From the NCBI RefSeq assembly GCF_963921235.1, contig NC_086097.1, positions 176,578,001 through 176,642,000 on the forward strand: a stretch of DNA of 64,000 bases, given 5' to 3'. The DNA comes from Mobula hypostoma. Lineage: Eukaryota. Position 1 is the stretch's first letter; each line of letters starts with the position of its first letter. Position numbers and translations under genes: made by a program. Below the pieces are notes generated by a model, which saw only the letters and a program-made list of their open reading frames with translations, made no database searches and was not told the DNA's origin. Positions 1 to 11,709 of the stretch are shown piece after piece.

Positions 1-2232
1 GAAAGATGTAGCTGAAGAGATTGTGGTGGCATTAGCAATGAACTTTCAAGAATCACTAGATTCTGGAATGGTTCTTGAAGACTGGAAAATTGCAAATGTC
101 ACTCTACTCTTCAAGAAGTGAGAGAGGCAGAAGAAAGGAAACTTTAGGCCAATTAGCCTAACCTTAGTGGTTGGGAAGATGTTGGAGTCAATTATTAAGT
201 TGATTATCTCCTCAAAACTAATTAGGAACTCCAAGACCTGGCCTGAATACCTCTTTGTGCAATTGAATCCTGGATCTCCTCACTTGTTGACCCCAGTCAG
301 TTCAAACTGGCAAAAACATCTCCTCCACAATCTTCATCAGCACAGGAGCACCACAGAGATGTGTACTTAGCCCTCTGCTCTACTCGCTTTACACCTGTGA
401 CTGTGTGGCTAAGTACAGCTCCAACAGCATATACTAGTTTGCTGATGACACCACAGCTGTGGGCTGTATCAAAGGGGGTGATGAATCAGCATACAGGAGG
501 GAGATTGAAAACTTGGCTGAGTGGTGTAATAACAACAATCTCTCACTCAACGTCAATAAGACCAAGGAAATGATTGCAGACTTCAAGAGAGGGAATCCAG
601 AGGTCCATGAGTCAGAAATCATTGGAAGATCAGAGGTGGAGAAAGTCAGTAACTTTAAATTCCTGGGTGTCACTATCTCAGAGGACCTGTCCTGGACCCA
701 TCATATAAACATAGTTGTGAAGAAAGCACGGCAGCACCTCAATTTCCTCAGGAGTCTGAATAGGTTCAGCATGTGATCAAAAACCCTGGAAAACTTCTAT
801 AGGTGTGTGGTGGAAAGTGTGCTGACTGGCTGCATCACAGCCTGGCATGGGAACACCAATGCTTTAGAGTGGAAAATCCTACAGAAGGTAGTGGATTCAG
901 CCTAGTACGTCACGAGTTGGACCCTCCCAACCATTGAGCACATCTATATAACATGTTGCCATAGAAAAACAGCATCAATCATCAAAGATTTTCATCACCC
1001 AGGCCGTGCTCTTTCCTTGCTGCTGCCATCAGGTAGAAGGTTCAAATGCTGCGGGACTCACACTACCAGGTTCAAGAACTGTTACTACACCTCAACCATC
1101 AGGCTCTTGAACAAAAGGGGCGAACTACACTCATTTGAGGACTCATTGAAGGACTCTTATATTGTTATTTCATGCTCATTATTTATTGCTATTTACTTAT
1201 ACTGTATCTGCATTTGCACAGCTTGTTTACAGTTAACAGTTCCTGATGCTTACAGTTCACAGTACTGTTCTATAGATTTGCTAGGTATGCCCTCAGAAAA
1301 AGATTCTCAGAGTTTTATGTGGTGACATGTATGTACGCTGATAATGAATTTTATTTTGAACTTTGAAGTTTGAAAGTATGAAGTCTCAGGGTAGTTGGAA
1401 GCACATGATAAAATAGACTGTATTCAGCATGGTTTCCTCAAGGGAACATCTTGCCTGGCAAATCTGTTGGAATTCTTTAAGGAAATAACAAGCAGGATAG
1501 ACAAAGGAGAGTTGGTTGATGTTGAGTAATTGAATTTTCAGAAGGCATTTGACAAGATGCCACTCATGAGGCTGTTTAATCAGCTATGAGCCTATTGCAT
1601 TACAGGAAAGATTCTTGCATGGGTAAAGCAGTAGTTGATTGGTACGAGTCAAGGAGTGGGAATAAAGGAAGTCTTTTCTGATTGGCTGCTGGTGATTAGT
1701 AGTGATCTACAGGGGTCTGTGTTAGGACTGCTTCTTTTTACATTGTATGTCAATGATTTGGAGATTCATAAAAATGATTCCAGGATTGAGTGGCTTTTCA
1801 TATGAAGAATGTTTGATGGCTCTGAGCCATTATTCACTGGAATTCAAAAAAATGAGGGGTGACCTCATTGAAACCTATCAAATCGTGAAAGGCCTTGATA
1901 TGGAGAGAATGTGGAGATGTGGAGAGAATGTTTCCTACAGTGATTGGGTCTATTCAGAGGACACAGTCTCAGGATAGAGCGGTGTCCTTTTAGAGTGGAG
2001 ATGAGGAAGAATTTATTTAGCCAGAAAGTGCTGTATCTCTGGAATTTTTTGCCACAGGCCACTGTGGTAGTCAAGCCTTTAAGCACATTTAAGGCAGGAG
2101 TTGATAGGTTTTTGATTAGTCAGGGGATGAAGGGATGCGGGGAGAAGGCAGGAGATTGGGGCTGAGAGGAAAATTGCATTGGCCATGATGAAATGGCAGA
2201 GCAGACTCAATGGGCCAAATAGCCTAATTCTA
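1..2232 (+). mobile_element. CR1-clade LINE, decayed ORF2 and 3' UTR; interrupted by Rex1 (200-1375), 3' tail displaced to about 3457-3485
   Basis: Bases 2-199 translate to KDVAEEIVVAL...EDWKIANVT.LFKK...NFRPISLT.VVGKMLESIIK. The element resumes at about 1377 with QHGF.KG.SCL.NLLEF...FQKAFDK.P. An internal deletion near 1760 joins YVNDL to RF.KMIPG. Confidence 0.9.
200..1375 (+). mobile_element. Rex1/Babar-clade LINE, 5'-truncated (RT C-terminal half and 3' UTR)
   Basis: Contains FADDT followed by GCIKGGDESAYRREIENLAEWC..NNLSLNVNKTKEMI.DF...FKFLGV.IS.DLSW (ORF 459-776). Ends in a TTTGAAC-like tail. Confidence 0.88.
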
Positions 2233-2576
2233 GGTTCAAAGGTTCAAAGGTACAATTTAATGTCAGAGAAATGTATACAATATACATCCTGAAATATTCT
2301 TCTTTTGCAACCATCCATGAAAACAGAGGAATACCTCAAAGAATGAATGACAGTTAAATGTTAGAACCCCAAAGTACCCCCAGCTCCTCCCTCCCGCGCA
2401 CAAGCAGCAGCAATCAATGATCCCCCTCCCCCCACCAGCAAAAAAAAGCATTGACACCCGCCACCGAGCACTCAAGCGTGAGCAAAGCAATAGCAGAGAC
2501 ACAGGCTTGCAGTTACCCCAAAGATGTTGCATTTCACCTTGTATTTGACATACCACAGGTTTGTTTTTTTTCTCTT

Positions 2577-2580
<4 letters not shown>

Positions 2581-2620
<40 letters not shown>
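2581..2620. repeat. (TC)n microsatellite
   Basis: Direct reading. Confidence 0.97.
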
Positions 2621-2624
<4 letters not shown>

Positions 2625-2958
2625 ACACACATAAGGGAGAAAGAGGTGTCTCCATTTTCCCAGTGAGCAGGGAGATGTAACAAGCAATTCGCTGGTTTAC
2701 GATGTTAAAAGTCCGTTACATCGCTTTTTTTCAAGCTCTGTGTCTGAAGATCGCGAAGATCCCAGGTCTTCAGGCACACAGCTGTAGATATTTCGATTCC
2801 CCCGATGATACACGGGTCTCCTGTCGTGACACCGATCCTCAATCTGCCCACCTCCAGAGCCCCTAGATCCTAGGCTTCTGAATCTGAGCCGGACTCTTAG
2901 GCTGAGCCTTTGGCATGTTGAACAACGGCCAGTTATAGAACCCCGACAGCGGGTCACT

Positions 2959-3023
2959 GCCCGGTTAGCTCAGTCAGTAGAGCACGAGACTCTTAATCTC
3001 AGAGTCGTGGGTTCGAGCTTCAC
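2959..3023 (+). pseudogene. tRNA-Lys(CTT) pseudogene or SINE head, lacking the 3' acceptor strand
   Basis: GCCCGGTTAGCTCAGTCAGTAGAGCACGAGACTCTTAATCTCAGAGTCGTGGGTTCGAGC closely matches vertebrate tRNA-Lys-CTT, with the anticodon at 2992-2994. The expected 3' end GTTGGGCG is absent. Confidence 0.88.
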
Positions 3024-3067
3024 TCTCCATTTACTGAGGGATCTGAATCCCAAAGCATTTTCATTTA

Positions 3068-3244
3068 GGTTGCCTGGTGGTGTAGTGGCATCAGCACCAG
3101 ACTTTGAGACAAGTGGTCCTGGGTTCGAATCTGGTTGCTCTTTGCTAGGTTGAGTGGTGAGCTAGCAAGTCAGCTGACAGAAAGCTAATGACACAGTAAA
3201 TTTTTGCCCAAAGCGCCGTAGCGCGCAGAGAGAAATAACTAACT
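3068..3244 (+). mobile_element. tRNA-derived SINE
   Basis: A box TGGTGTAGTGG at 3078-3088, B box GGGTTCGAATC at 3121-3131, and a (TAAC)n tail. Confidence 0.75.
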
Positions 3245-3499
3245 CCCTTGTCTTATAGTCTTATGGTCCTTATTAAAAAAAGAGACCGGATTCCATTCCA
3301 GCAAAGAACCGTGGTCGGAGTGTAACTCCAGATCAGTGTCTTCAAAAGAACCCTGAAAGGGAAAAATAGAGATATTAAAGATGGAAATAGAGTTTTTTTC
3401 GAAGATGCAAGCAAAGGCATTGCCGTTAGGTGCCATTAATCCTCCTAAGCTCCACCTTCTACTCCTATGCCTTATGGTCTTATGTTGTTTTGAGACAGC

Positions 3500-3716
3500 A
3501 GTAGAATGCAAAGCATAAAAAATACATCTTACAATAAATAAATAGTGCAATAGAGGAGGAGTGAGGTAGTGTTAATGTGTTCATGGGATGTTTAGAAAAC
3601 TGACAGTAGAAAGGAAGAAGCCCTTCCTGAATCATTGAGTGTCAGTTTTCAGGCTCCTGTACCTCCACACTGATGGCAGTAATGAGAAGAATGGCTATCC
3701 CAGATGGTAAGGGACC
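3500..3716 (-). mobile_element. Rex1-type LINE 3' fragment
   Basis: Antisense of the Rex1 ORF end (LPSG.RYRSL.T.TQ..RNSFFP-like region) and 3' UTR. Confidence 0.6.
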
Positions 3717-4767
3717 TCCCATTCCCCCTTTCACCCTTTTATCCAGATCATCTCCCTTCAGCACTCTCAGCCCTGATGCAGGATCTCAACACGAAACATC
3801 GACTATCTCTCTTCCTCCACAGATGTTGCCCCTCTGACTTCCTTCAGAAGTTTGTTTTTAATATGCCACTGGAAAAGCTGTTCTTTTTACCTGCACTGTT
3901 AATTATTGCAAAATCACAATGGTTTTCCTCATTTATCTTAATATGAACGAACCTCTGACAACATCTTTGCTGTAAATAAGTACTTTCCTGTTAGTTCTGA
4001 TACACACAGGGATCAGACTGGAATTTGTACCCTTATGGCCTGGAGAATGCTCTGTTAATCACCCTTAACAGCTCCACATTATGTAAGTAAACTTCACAGC
4101 ATGTCTTTATAATATGCAAGGTAAAATAAATTGGTAAATTAGTTTAATATTGCCACCTGTAAAGAGGTATAGTGCAAAACCTGACATGCATACCATTCAT
4201 ACAGATCAATCCATTACACAGTGCAAGGTAAATAGTCAAACTGAATGCAGAATAAAGTGTTACACTTACAGGGGAGTCCACTGCAGGCAGAGAAAAGGTG
4301 CAAGGCTATAATCAAAGTTCAAAGTTCAAGGTATATTTATTATCAATATATATATGCTATATATGTACAACCTTGAGATTTGTCTTCTTACAGGCAGCCA
4401 CAAAACAAGAAACCCAATAGAGCCCATTAAAAATAACCCACACAACAAAGGCCATCAAACACCCAATGTGTGAAAAAAAACAACTCATGCAACAATACAG
4501 GTAAACAAATAACATTCGGAACATGAACTGCAGAATCCGAGAACGTGAGGCCATAGCCACAAAGGCAGGTCATCGTAGCTTGCAGCCCATCAGCTGTAGG
4601 CCACAGCAACCTTGTGGAGCAGAGATCTGAACACCGGCCCACCCTTTGCCTCCAGCCCCGATGCTCCGATCTTTTCAATCTGGCCCAATACTTAAAGCAG
4701 CAAACAATTCCTCCGGCTCCGCCGCATCTGCTCTCAGGATGAGGCTTTTCATTCTAGGACGAGGGAG

Positions 4768-5508
4768 ATGTCTTCATTTTTTAAAGAAAGGGGCTTCCCT
4801 TCCTCCACTATCAACTCTGCTCTTAAACGCATCTCCCCCATTTCACGTACATCTGCTCTCTCTCCATCCTCCCACCACCCCACTAGGAAAAGGGTTCCCC
4901 TGGTCCTCACCTACCACTCCACCAGCCTCCGGGTCCAACATATTATTCTCCGTAACTTCCGCCACCTCCAACGGGATCCCACCACTAAGCACATCTTTCC
5001 CTCCCCCCCCCCTGCATTCCGCAGGGATCGCTCCCTACACAACTCCCTTGTCCATTCATCCCCCCCATCCCTCCCCACTGATCTCCCTCCTGGCACTTAT
5101 CCGTGTAAGCGGAACAAGTGCTACACATGCCCTTACACTTCCTCCCTTACCACCATTCAGGGCCCCAAACAGTCCTTCCAGGTGAGGCATCACTTCACCT
5201 GTGAGTCGACTGGGGTGATATACTGCGTCCGGTGCTCCCGATGTGGCCTTTTATATATTGGTGAGACCCGACGCAGACTGGGAGACCGCTTTGCTGAACA
5301 TCTACGCTCTGTCCGCCAGAGAAAGCAGGATCTCCCAGTGACCACACATTTTAATTCCACATCCCATTCCCATTCTGAAATGTCTATCCACGGCCTCCTC
5401 TACTGTAAAGATGAAGCCACACTCAGGTTGGAGGAACAACACCTTATATTCCATCTGGGTAGCCTCCAACCTGATGGCATGAACATCGACTTCTCTAACT
5501 TCCGCTAA
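4768..5508 (+). CDS. Penelope-like element C-terminus: RT thumb/linker, Cys-rich finger and GIY-YIG endonuclease (5'-truncated, frame open)
   Basis: Motifs include ERGFP, PLVLTYH, CKRNKCYTC, FTCESTGVIYCVRCSRCGLLYIGETRRRLGDRFAEH, HF...H and E...I..LGSLQPDGMN. Confidence 0.88.
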   Translation: MSSFFKERGFPSSTINSALKRISPISRTSALSPSSHHPTRKRVPLVLTYHSTSLRVQHIILRNFRHLQRDPTTKHIFPSPPPAFRRDRSLHNSLVHSSPPSLPTDLPPGTYPCKRNKCYTCPYTSSLTTIQGPKQSFQVRHHFTCESTGVIYCVRCSRCGLLYIGETRRRLGDRFAEHLRSVRQRKQDLPVTTHFNSTSHSHSEMSIHGLLYCKDEATLRLEEQHLIFHLGSLQPDGMNIDFSNFR

Positions 5509-5800
5509 GGCCCCACCTCCCCCTCGTACCCCATCTGTTACTCATTTTTATACACACATTCTTTCTCTCACTCTCCTTTTTCTCCCTCTGTCCCTCTGAA
5601 TATACCTCTTGCCCATCCTCTGGGTCACCCCCCCCTGTCTTTCTCCCTAGGCCTCCTGTCCCATGATCCTCTCGTATCCCCTTTTGCCTATCAACTGTCC
5701 AGCTCTTGGCTCCATCCCTCCCCCTCCTGTCTTCTCCTATCATTTTGCATCTCCCCCTCCCCCTCCAGCTTTCAAATCCCTTACTCACTCTTCCTTCAGT

Positions 5801-5838
5801 TAGTCCTGACGAAGGGTCTCGGCCTGAAACGTCGACTG
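5801..5838 (+). ncRNA. Minimal type-I hammerhead ribozyme motif
   Basis: Stem I AGTC/GACT, core CTGACGA (5806-5812), stem II GGGT-CTCG-GCCT, GAAA (5826-5829), palindromic ACGT, GTC cleavage triplet ending at 5833. Confidence 0.78.
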
Positions 5839-6885
5839 CGCCTCTTCCTATAGATGCTGCTTGGCCTGCTGCATTCACCAGCAACTTTGATGTATGTTGC
5901 TTGTTCATCACTCTCAGGCCCGGCTCTGCCGCTTTGATCTGGCCTGAAGTCTGCAATGGCCAAACATCGGCTTGTTCCTCACTCTCCGGTGTGGGTCCTA
6001 CCACCTCGATCCGGCCCGCAACTGCACTGCACCTCCAAGATTCCAGTTCACTGAATCCGCCAGAACGCCACAAAAATGCCAGGTCGTACAGATGGTTCAA
6101 AAGCACAGCTCTCAAAGGGAAGTTACAGGTTACTGATGGCAGTGATCATAGTCCATAAAAAGTGTAATTAATAGAGTAGTTAGTAAAGTGCCACTGAGTC
6201 TCATCAGGTCGAGGGTCTATCTGTTTATATTAGTCTTGTACCGGTGGTATTGAAGCTGATCTTGAGCCTGGTGTTACACAATTTCAGGGTTTTTTACCTT
6301 CTGCAAGATGGTGGGGGAGAAGAGGGAGTGTACAGGGTGGCAGGCATCTTTGATTATGTTGGATGCCTTACAGAGGTAATGAAAAAGTGTAGATGGAGTT
6401 GTGAGGGAGTGGGGGAAGGCTGGTTTCTGTGATGTTCTGAACTGTGTCTACAACTCTGTAGTTTCTTGTTGTCACAGGCAGAGCAGTTGCCATACCAAGC
6501 CATTGATGCATCCAGATAGGATGCTTTCTGTAGTGCATTAGTGCATTGGTAATAATTGCTGATGGTCAATGGGGATATGCCAAATTTATTTAGCCTCTTG
6601 AGGAAGTAGAGGCATTGGTGAACTTTCCTGGCCGTACCACCAAGCTGCTTGGGTCAGGGCAAACACTTGGAGATGTTCACTTCTAGGAACTTGAAGATCT
6701 CACCTCTCTTGACTCAGCACCACTGATGTAAACAAGACCATGTGTGCTGCCAGTTTTCCCGAAGTCAATGATCAGCTTGTTTGTTTTGCTGACTTTGAGG
6801 GAAAGATTGTTGTCATGACACCATGTCACTAAGCTCCCCATCTCCTTCCTCAGACTCATTGTTATTTGAGATTTGGCCCACTAAT

Positions 6886-7430
6886 GTTTTACATGCCGTC
6901 AGTGTAGATCATCCCAAACATCAGTACGTTGAGGTAGGAAAAGGGGGAAACAACAGCAGAATGCAGAAAAATTAACACAGTTACAGTAACGGGAAAGAGC
7001 AGTGCAGACACACAGACAGTAAGGTTCAAAGCCATGATGTGGTAGATTGTCAGTCAGGAGTCCCATCTTATCGTTCTAAAAGTTAGTTCAAAAGTCATAT
7101 AATAATGGGATAGAAGCTGTCCTTGAGCCAGGTGATATGTGCTTTTGTCTTTTTGTATCTTCTATCTGATGGGAATGGGGGGGAGAGAGAATGTCCAGGG
7201 TGAGAATGGTATTTGATTATGCTGCCTGCTTTTGGGAGGCATCTGGAAGTGTAGGCAGGATCCACCGAGTGGAAGCTGTTTTGTGTGATGCAACCTGGTT
7301 GGGTTCTCAACTCTGCGGTTTCCTGTACTCATGTGCACAACGGTTGCCATACCAAGTTGGGATGCATTCGGTTAGGATCCTTTCTATTATGCATCTGTAG
7401 ACATTGACAAGGGTCTAAGGTGACATGTTA
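6886..7430 (-). mobile_element. Rex1-type LINE 3' fragment
   Basis: ORF 7095-7310 reads SIIK..SHPGHSL..P.PS.RRY......T..KDSFYP. Confidence 0.7.
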
Positions 7431-7867
7431 CATGAGTGGGGCACACTCATGATAGAGGTAGTTGTGATCATAAACAATTTTACTCCTTAATTTGTCATTT
7501 AATAAGATTGCACCGAATGCGCTGTTTTCATTCAGTTCCTTATTCTTTGATTTATCTACTATTGAAAGATCCACTGTTTAAAGTGAATCATTTTGAAAGA
7601 CTATTGGAGAAGAGAATACAAAAACCCTTACCAATTTTTGTCAATGCACCCGTCTTCAATCAGCAGCAAGCATGTACCAGCAGGCTGAAGGACAGCTTCT
7701 ATCCCACTGATATCATTCTTTCAATTGGACCTCTTATACACCTCAAAATGGATTATTACCTCAAAATCCTTGTTATAATCTTGTGCTTTATTGTTTATCT
7801 GCACTGTACCATTTTGGGAGTTTTTACACTTGATTCTGCAATGCACTGTGTAATGATTTGATCTCCA

Positions 7868-8150
7868 CGATGGGCACTATAGTAGCGTAGCAGCTAGCAC
7901 AACATTGGGGCATCGGAGTTTGCAATTCAATTCCAACATCATCTGTAAGGAGACTGAGCATCGTCCCCATGGAACGCCTGGGTTTTTGCTGGGTCATACG
8001 GTTTCCTCCCACAGTGCAAAGACTACCAGTTAGTAGGTTAATTGGTCATTGTAAATTGTCCCGTGATTAGGCTAGGGGTGAATCACGGGTTGCTGGGTAG
8101 TGCAACTCAAAGGGGCAGAGGACCTATTCCACGCTGTATCTCTAAATAAT
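7868..8150 (+). mobile_element. tRNA-derived V-SINE (HE1-like) with CR1-type tail, inserted in a Rex1 3' UTR (7665-8205)
   Basis: Degenerate A and B boxes, V-domain-like GGTTTCCTCCCACAGTGCAAAGAC...GGTTAATTGG, and tail ...CCTATTCCACGCTGTATCTCTAAAT. Confidence 0.7.
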
Positions 8151-8607
8151 CAGTATGCAAGTCAAGCTTTTCACTGTATGTACATGTGACAGGAATAAAC
8201 CAATGTTAATATCTTTGGAGGGGAGGCTGATTTTCCTGTTACACGGAGCTTGTTGCAACTCTCTGCAGTTTCTCCGGTCTTTGCAGCACCAAAAAAAATT
8301 AAGAAATATAATACTTGGGTCGCTGTCAAAATTTTGATGTATAGGTTTGCAATCCCACCATAGCTAAGACCTCCACCTTAAGATGTGGAACACAGAGCTG
8401 CCCAAGGTGAAGCAGATGTGGTCTTTTGATGGCTATGCTATACCCTAGTTGCAAACCATCTGTTATGTATTCCAGTTTAATAGTTACACAGACTAACATA
8501 TTGCAGGCTAGGGTCAGGACACACAGGCATTAAGTGACTAAGCTAGCATAAAGAGCTCTAGTCTTGAGGCATGAATTCAAATCTCACCATAGCAACTGGG
8601 GAATGCA

Positions 8608-9084
8608 CAGTACTGTGCAAAAGTCTTAAGCACATATATATAGCTAGAGTGCCAAAACTTTTTGCGCAGTACTGTAATAATTTTATGTATTGCACTGTAC
8701 TGTTGCAGTAAAAAAACACAAATTTCATGACATATGTGAGTGATGATAAACCTGATTCTGATATGGGTCTCTGTTGTGGATGAGAGTGGGAAGGAGGCAT
8801 GGAGAGAGGACTCATGAGGTGAGGAAGCAGGAAGACATTCTATAATGATCAGTAACCCAATTGTTTGGAATCAAATAACCTTGCCTGGTGTCTCAGGGCT
8901 GGGTGTGTCTGTCCCTGGCATTCCTTCTCTGCCACCTGCCCCATGCCCCTCATGCAGTGCTCCACCCTTGCCATTCCCAGCATCCTTTGCTCCCTCTCCG
9001 CTCCACGTTGACAAATACGGTCCTGTGCAAAAGTCTTAGGCACCCTAGCTATATATATGTGCCTAAGACTTTTACACAGTGCTA
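8608..9084. mobile_element. Composite Tc1/mariner-type MITE made of two hairpin mini-elements in inverted arrangement flanking captured DNA
   Basis: A CAGTACTGTGCAAAAGTCTTAGGCAC-like TIR occurs four times, in units 8608-8674 and 9018-9084. TA flanks at 8675-8676, 9016-9017 and 9085-9086. Confidence 0.75.
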
Positions 9085-9302
9085 TAAATTTAAGTTGTTT
9101 ATTGAATTAAATTAATTTAAGTAATTTAAGTGGTTTTATTACATGTAAGTAAACCTGGAAAGATTAAAGTGAAACTTACCCTCAAGAAAATGTTGTTACA
9201 AAATTGTTAAGATCTACCTACCTACATCTCTAATGTCCTGTACAGTGGAAAAACTGCTCGTTGATAGGTGACTCCAAGCTCATTAGTGTGAACCGAAGAA
9301 TA

Positions 9303-9807
9303 TACACTCAGTAGCCACTTTATTAGGTACACCTGCACACCTGCTCATTCATGCAAATATCTAATCAACCCATCATGTAGCAGCAACTCAATGCATAAAA
9401 GCATGTAGACATGGTCAAGAAGTTCAATTATTAATCAGACCATTCATCCGAATTGGGAAGAAATGTGATCTAATTGACTTTGACTTTGGTGCCTGATGAG
9501 GTGGTTTGATTGTCTCAGACTGCAGATCTCCTGAAATTTTCACACACAACGGTCTTTAGAGTTTACAGGGAATGGTATGAGTGGCAGTTTTGTGGGCAAA
9601 AATGCCTTGTTAATGAGAGAAAATAGAGGAGAATAGCCAAACTGGTTCAAGCTGACAGGAAGATGACGGTAACACAGGTAACCACACATTACAACAGTGG
9701 TGTGTAGAAGAGATCTCCAAGTGTACGAAATATCGAATCTTGGAATGGATGGGCTACAGCAGCAGAAGACCATGAACATACTGTGCTCAGTGTCCACTTT
9801 ATTAGAT
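9303..9807 (+). mobile_element. Tc1 transposon derivative: left TIR, decayed transposase N-terminus and a second direct TIR copy
   Basis: TA followed by CACTCAGTAGCCACTTTATTAGGTAC. Remnant reads GKKCDL.DFD ... LVQADRK.TVTQ.TT.YNSG ... WMGYSSRRP. TIR recurs at 9786-9805. Confidence 0.8.
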
Positions 9808-10299
9808 AGCTAAATTATAACCGTTGCACCTTATTTGTTTACCTTCACTATATTTCCTCTGTAACTATAGCATTCTGTTCATTCTGTATTCCTTTGTACT
9901 TCTTTGATGTACTTATAGGATATTGTATAAGTATCATATAAGTGTCTGGATGACATGTAAACAAAAGCTTTTCACTGCATATCAGTACATGTGATAATAA
10001 TAAACAAATTACCAGTTACTACTGTTCAAAATGATGATGGAAAAAGGTTAACCTAGGCATCACTTTCCGGTTTCATTGACATCAATCCTAGTGACATGGC
10101 AACACACCGATTAACTGCTTCCTCTTGTGGTGCCATTGGAAGAACCCTGCTGTGTACAAATCAGCTGCTATTTGTCTCTATTACCAGTGTGAATACACTT
10201 CAGAAAAGGCTCTGTGTGCTGTAAAAGGGATATTTAATGCATTGCTATGCATTCAGTGGCCTATATTGGGAGATCAAGAATTCAACTTTCAGTATATAG

Positions 10300-10860
10300 A
10301 GCTTCTGTTCAAGAGTCCATTAAAAGTGGACTACAAAGTGTCTAAGTTTGGTGTTCGTGTTTTCAAGATTTTCTACTTTCTGCCCAATGGGAGGGGTGTG
10401 AAGAAAAAATGACCAGCATAGGAAGGGTTCTTGCTTTCCCAGAGTAGTGGGAGCTGTAGACATAGTCCATGGAGGGGAGGCTAGTTTGTATAATGGACTA
10501 GACTGTGTTCATAATTCTCTCCAATTTCGACCAGACTTGGGCCAAGCAGCTGCCATTCCCAAGCTGTGACTGAGATATTATAAAAGTAAAAAAAAATGCA
10601 AAATATTGTGTTACAGTTTCAGACAAAGTGCAGTGCAGGTAGACTAATAAAGTGCAAGGGCATGATGAGGTAGACTGTGAGGTCAAGAGTTCATCTTATT
10701 GTTCTAGGGGACCATTCAATAGTCTCATAACAGCAGGATAGAAGCTGTCCTTGAGCCTGGTGGTACAAGCTTTCAAGCTTGAATAGCTTCGAAGAAAAAA
10801 TGTTCAGGGTGGGATGGGTGTTTAATAATACTGGCTGCTGTACCAAGATAGTAAGAAATC
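10300..10860 (-). mobile_element. Rex1-type LINE 3' fragments (two)
   Basis: Antisense Rex1 3' motifs GAAGCTGTCCTTGAGCCTGGTGGTAC and AAAGTGCAGTGCAGGTAGAC. Confidence 0.6.
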
Positions 10861-11709
10861 TATTGAGCAATAATCATAATTCACAGCAGCATAAAAACCA
10901 AATTGTCTAATTAGTGACCAATAAGACTCCAGCCTCTGCTTTCTACTTTCTATTTCCATCTACTGACTGCCTGGGTTTTGCAGTTATACCACCTGATACC
11001 ATAGCTTGTACAATAGCAAACGTGCTCCATTGTCCTAAGGACAATTGAATGCAAACTTTTTCCTCTGTTTCTAAGATGGTGGCGTGTTTGATCATAGCGA
11101 CTTCTTCTGGGTCAACCAATGGTGTTATTGTCCTTTTTGAATGTTATTTTTTATGATTGCCAGACCCTGCTGCACATTAAGGACTTAAAGCACTGTAGGT
11201 CCACCCCATTAGCGAGTTGCTCAACGGCAGAGAAACTGAAGAGCTGGACTTAGTGTGGATTGTGCGTCAGAGAGTCACCGATGCACTAATGAGGTGTAAG
11301 GCAAGTGATCATCTTAGCCGCTCTTCTTGTGATCGCAAAACCCTGTTGAACCTTGTTCACGTGCAATACTGCAAGTCTGATTCATTGATTTGTTTGTGGA
11401 CAACAGGGGCGGACGTCAGAGAAGATGCATGACCTTTTTTGTAGTGAGATCTAGGCCTCAAGCCTCAGTGTTGCCTCTTTACAGCCACCTGAGAGAGATG
11501 TGTTGCTGTGGGTTCACCCCTCCAGAGGCTATGTAGGCACAGCAAACAAGTTTGAGTTGGTGCTGCTCCCAGTGTTCGCTTGGCAGAACACCAGCTGTAT
11601 TGTGGTTAACTGCAGATTTCTGCAATACACATGGACTCAGGGTCTTGGACTGTTCTTTTTGTGTGACTATATTTTACTGATATCTTGTATGTGCTTGCTG
11701 TCTTATATG

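Larger units (their letters stand above)
2233..3456 (-). mobile_element. Non-coding retroposon with Rex1-like (TTTGAACC)n tail, inserted in CR1 3' UTR
   Basis: Tail GGTTCAAAGGTTCAAAGG at the left end. TTCTA is duplicated at 2228-2232 and 3457-3461, and the CR1 tail resumes after it. No RT similarity seen in the body. Confidence 0.65.
4694..5903 (+). mobile_element. Penelope-like element (Neptune type), 5'-truncated, with pyrimidine-rich 3' repeat
   Basis: Contains a GIY-YIG ORF, a CT-rich 3' region and a hammerhead motif. A short inverted copy of the 3' end (AAGCAGCAAACA vs TGTATGTTGCTT) lies at the 5' junction. Confidence 0.9.
4312..6185 (-). mobile_element. Non-coding retroposon with (TTTGAAC)n Rex1-like tail, interrupted by a Penelope element
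   Basis: Tail TCAAAGTTCAAAGTTCAAGG at about 4312. A GC-rich body lies on both sides of the Penelope insert. Confidence 0.55.
4130..6885 (-). mobile_element. Rex1-type LINE, split by nested inserts at 4312-6185
   Basis: 3' UTR at 4130-4310. Coding remnant at 6190-6885 includes AWYGNCSA (ORF 6354-6569) and the antisense NNLSL.VSKT..L.IDF region. Confidence 0.7.

Noticed and set aside
2959..3023. Functional tRNA-Lys gene
   Set aside because: The 3' acceptor strand is missing, the T-stem is disrupted, and it is embedded in a retroposon.
5495..6158. ORFs 5495-6115 (-) and 5706-6158 (+), and the alternative frame 4646-5185
   Set aside because: They run across low-complexity Penelope repeat and TE junctions and contain no protein motifs.
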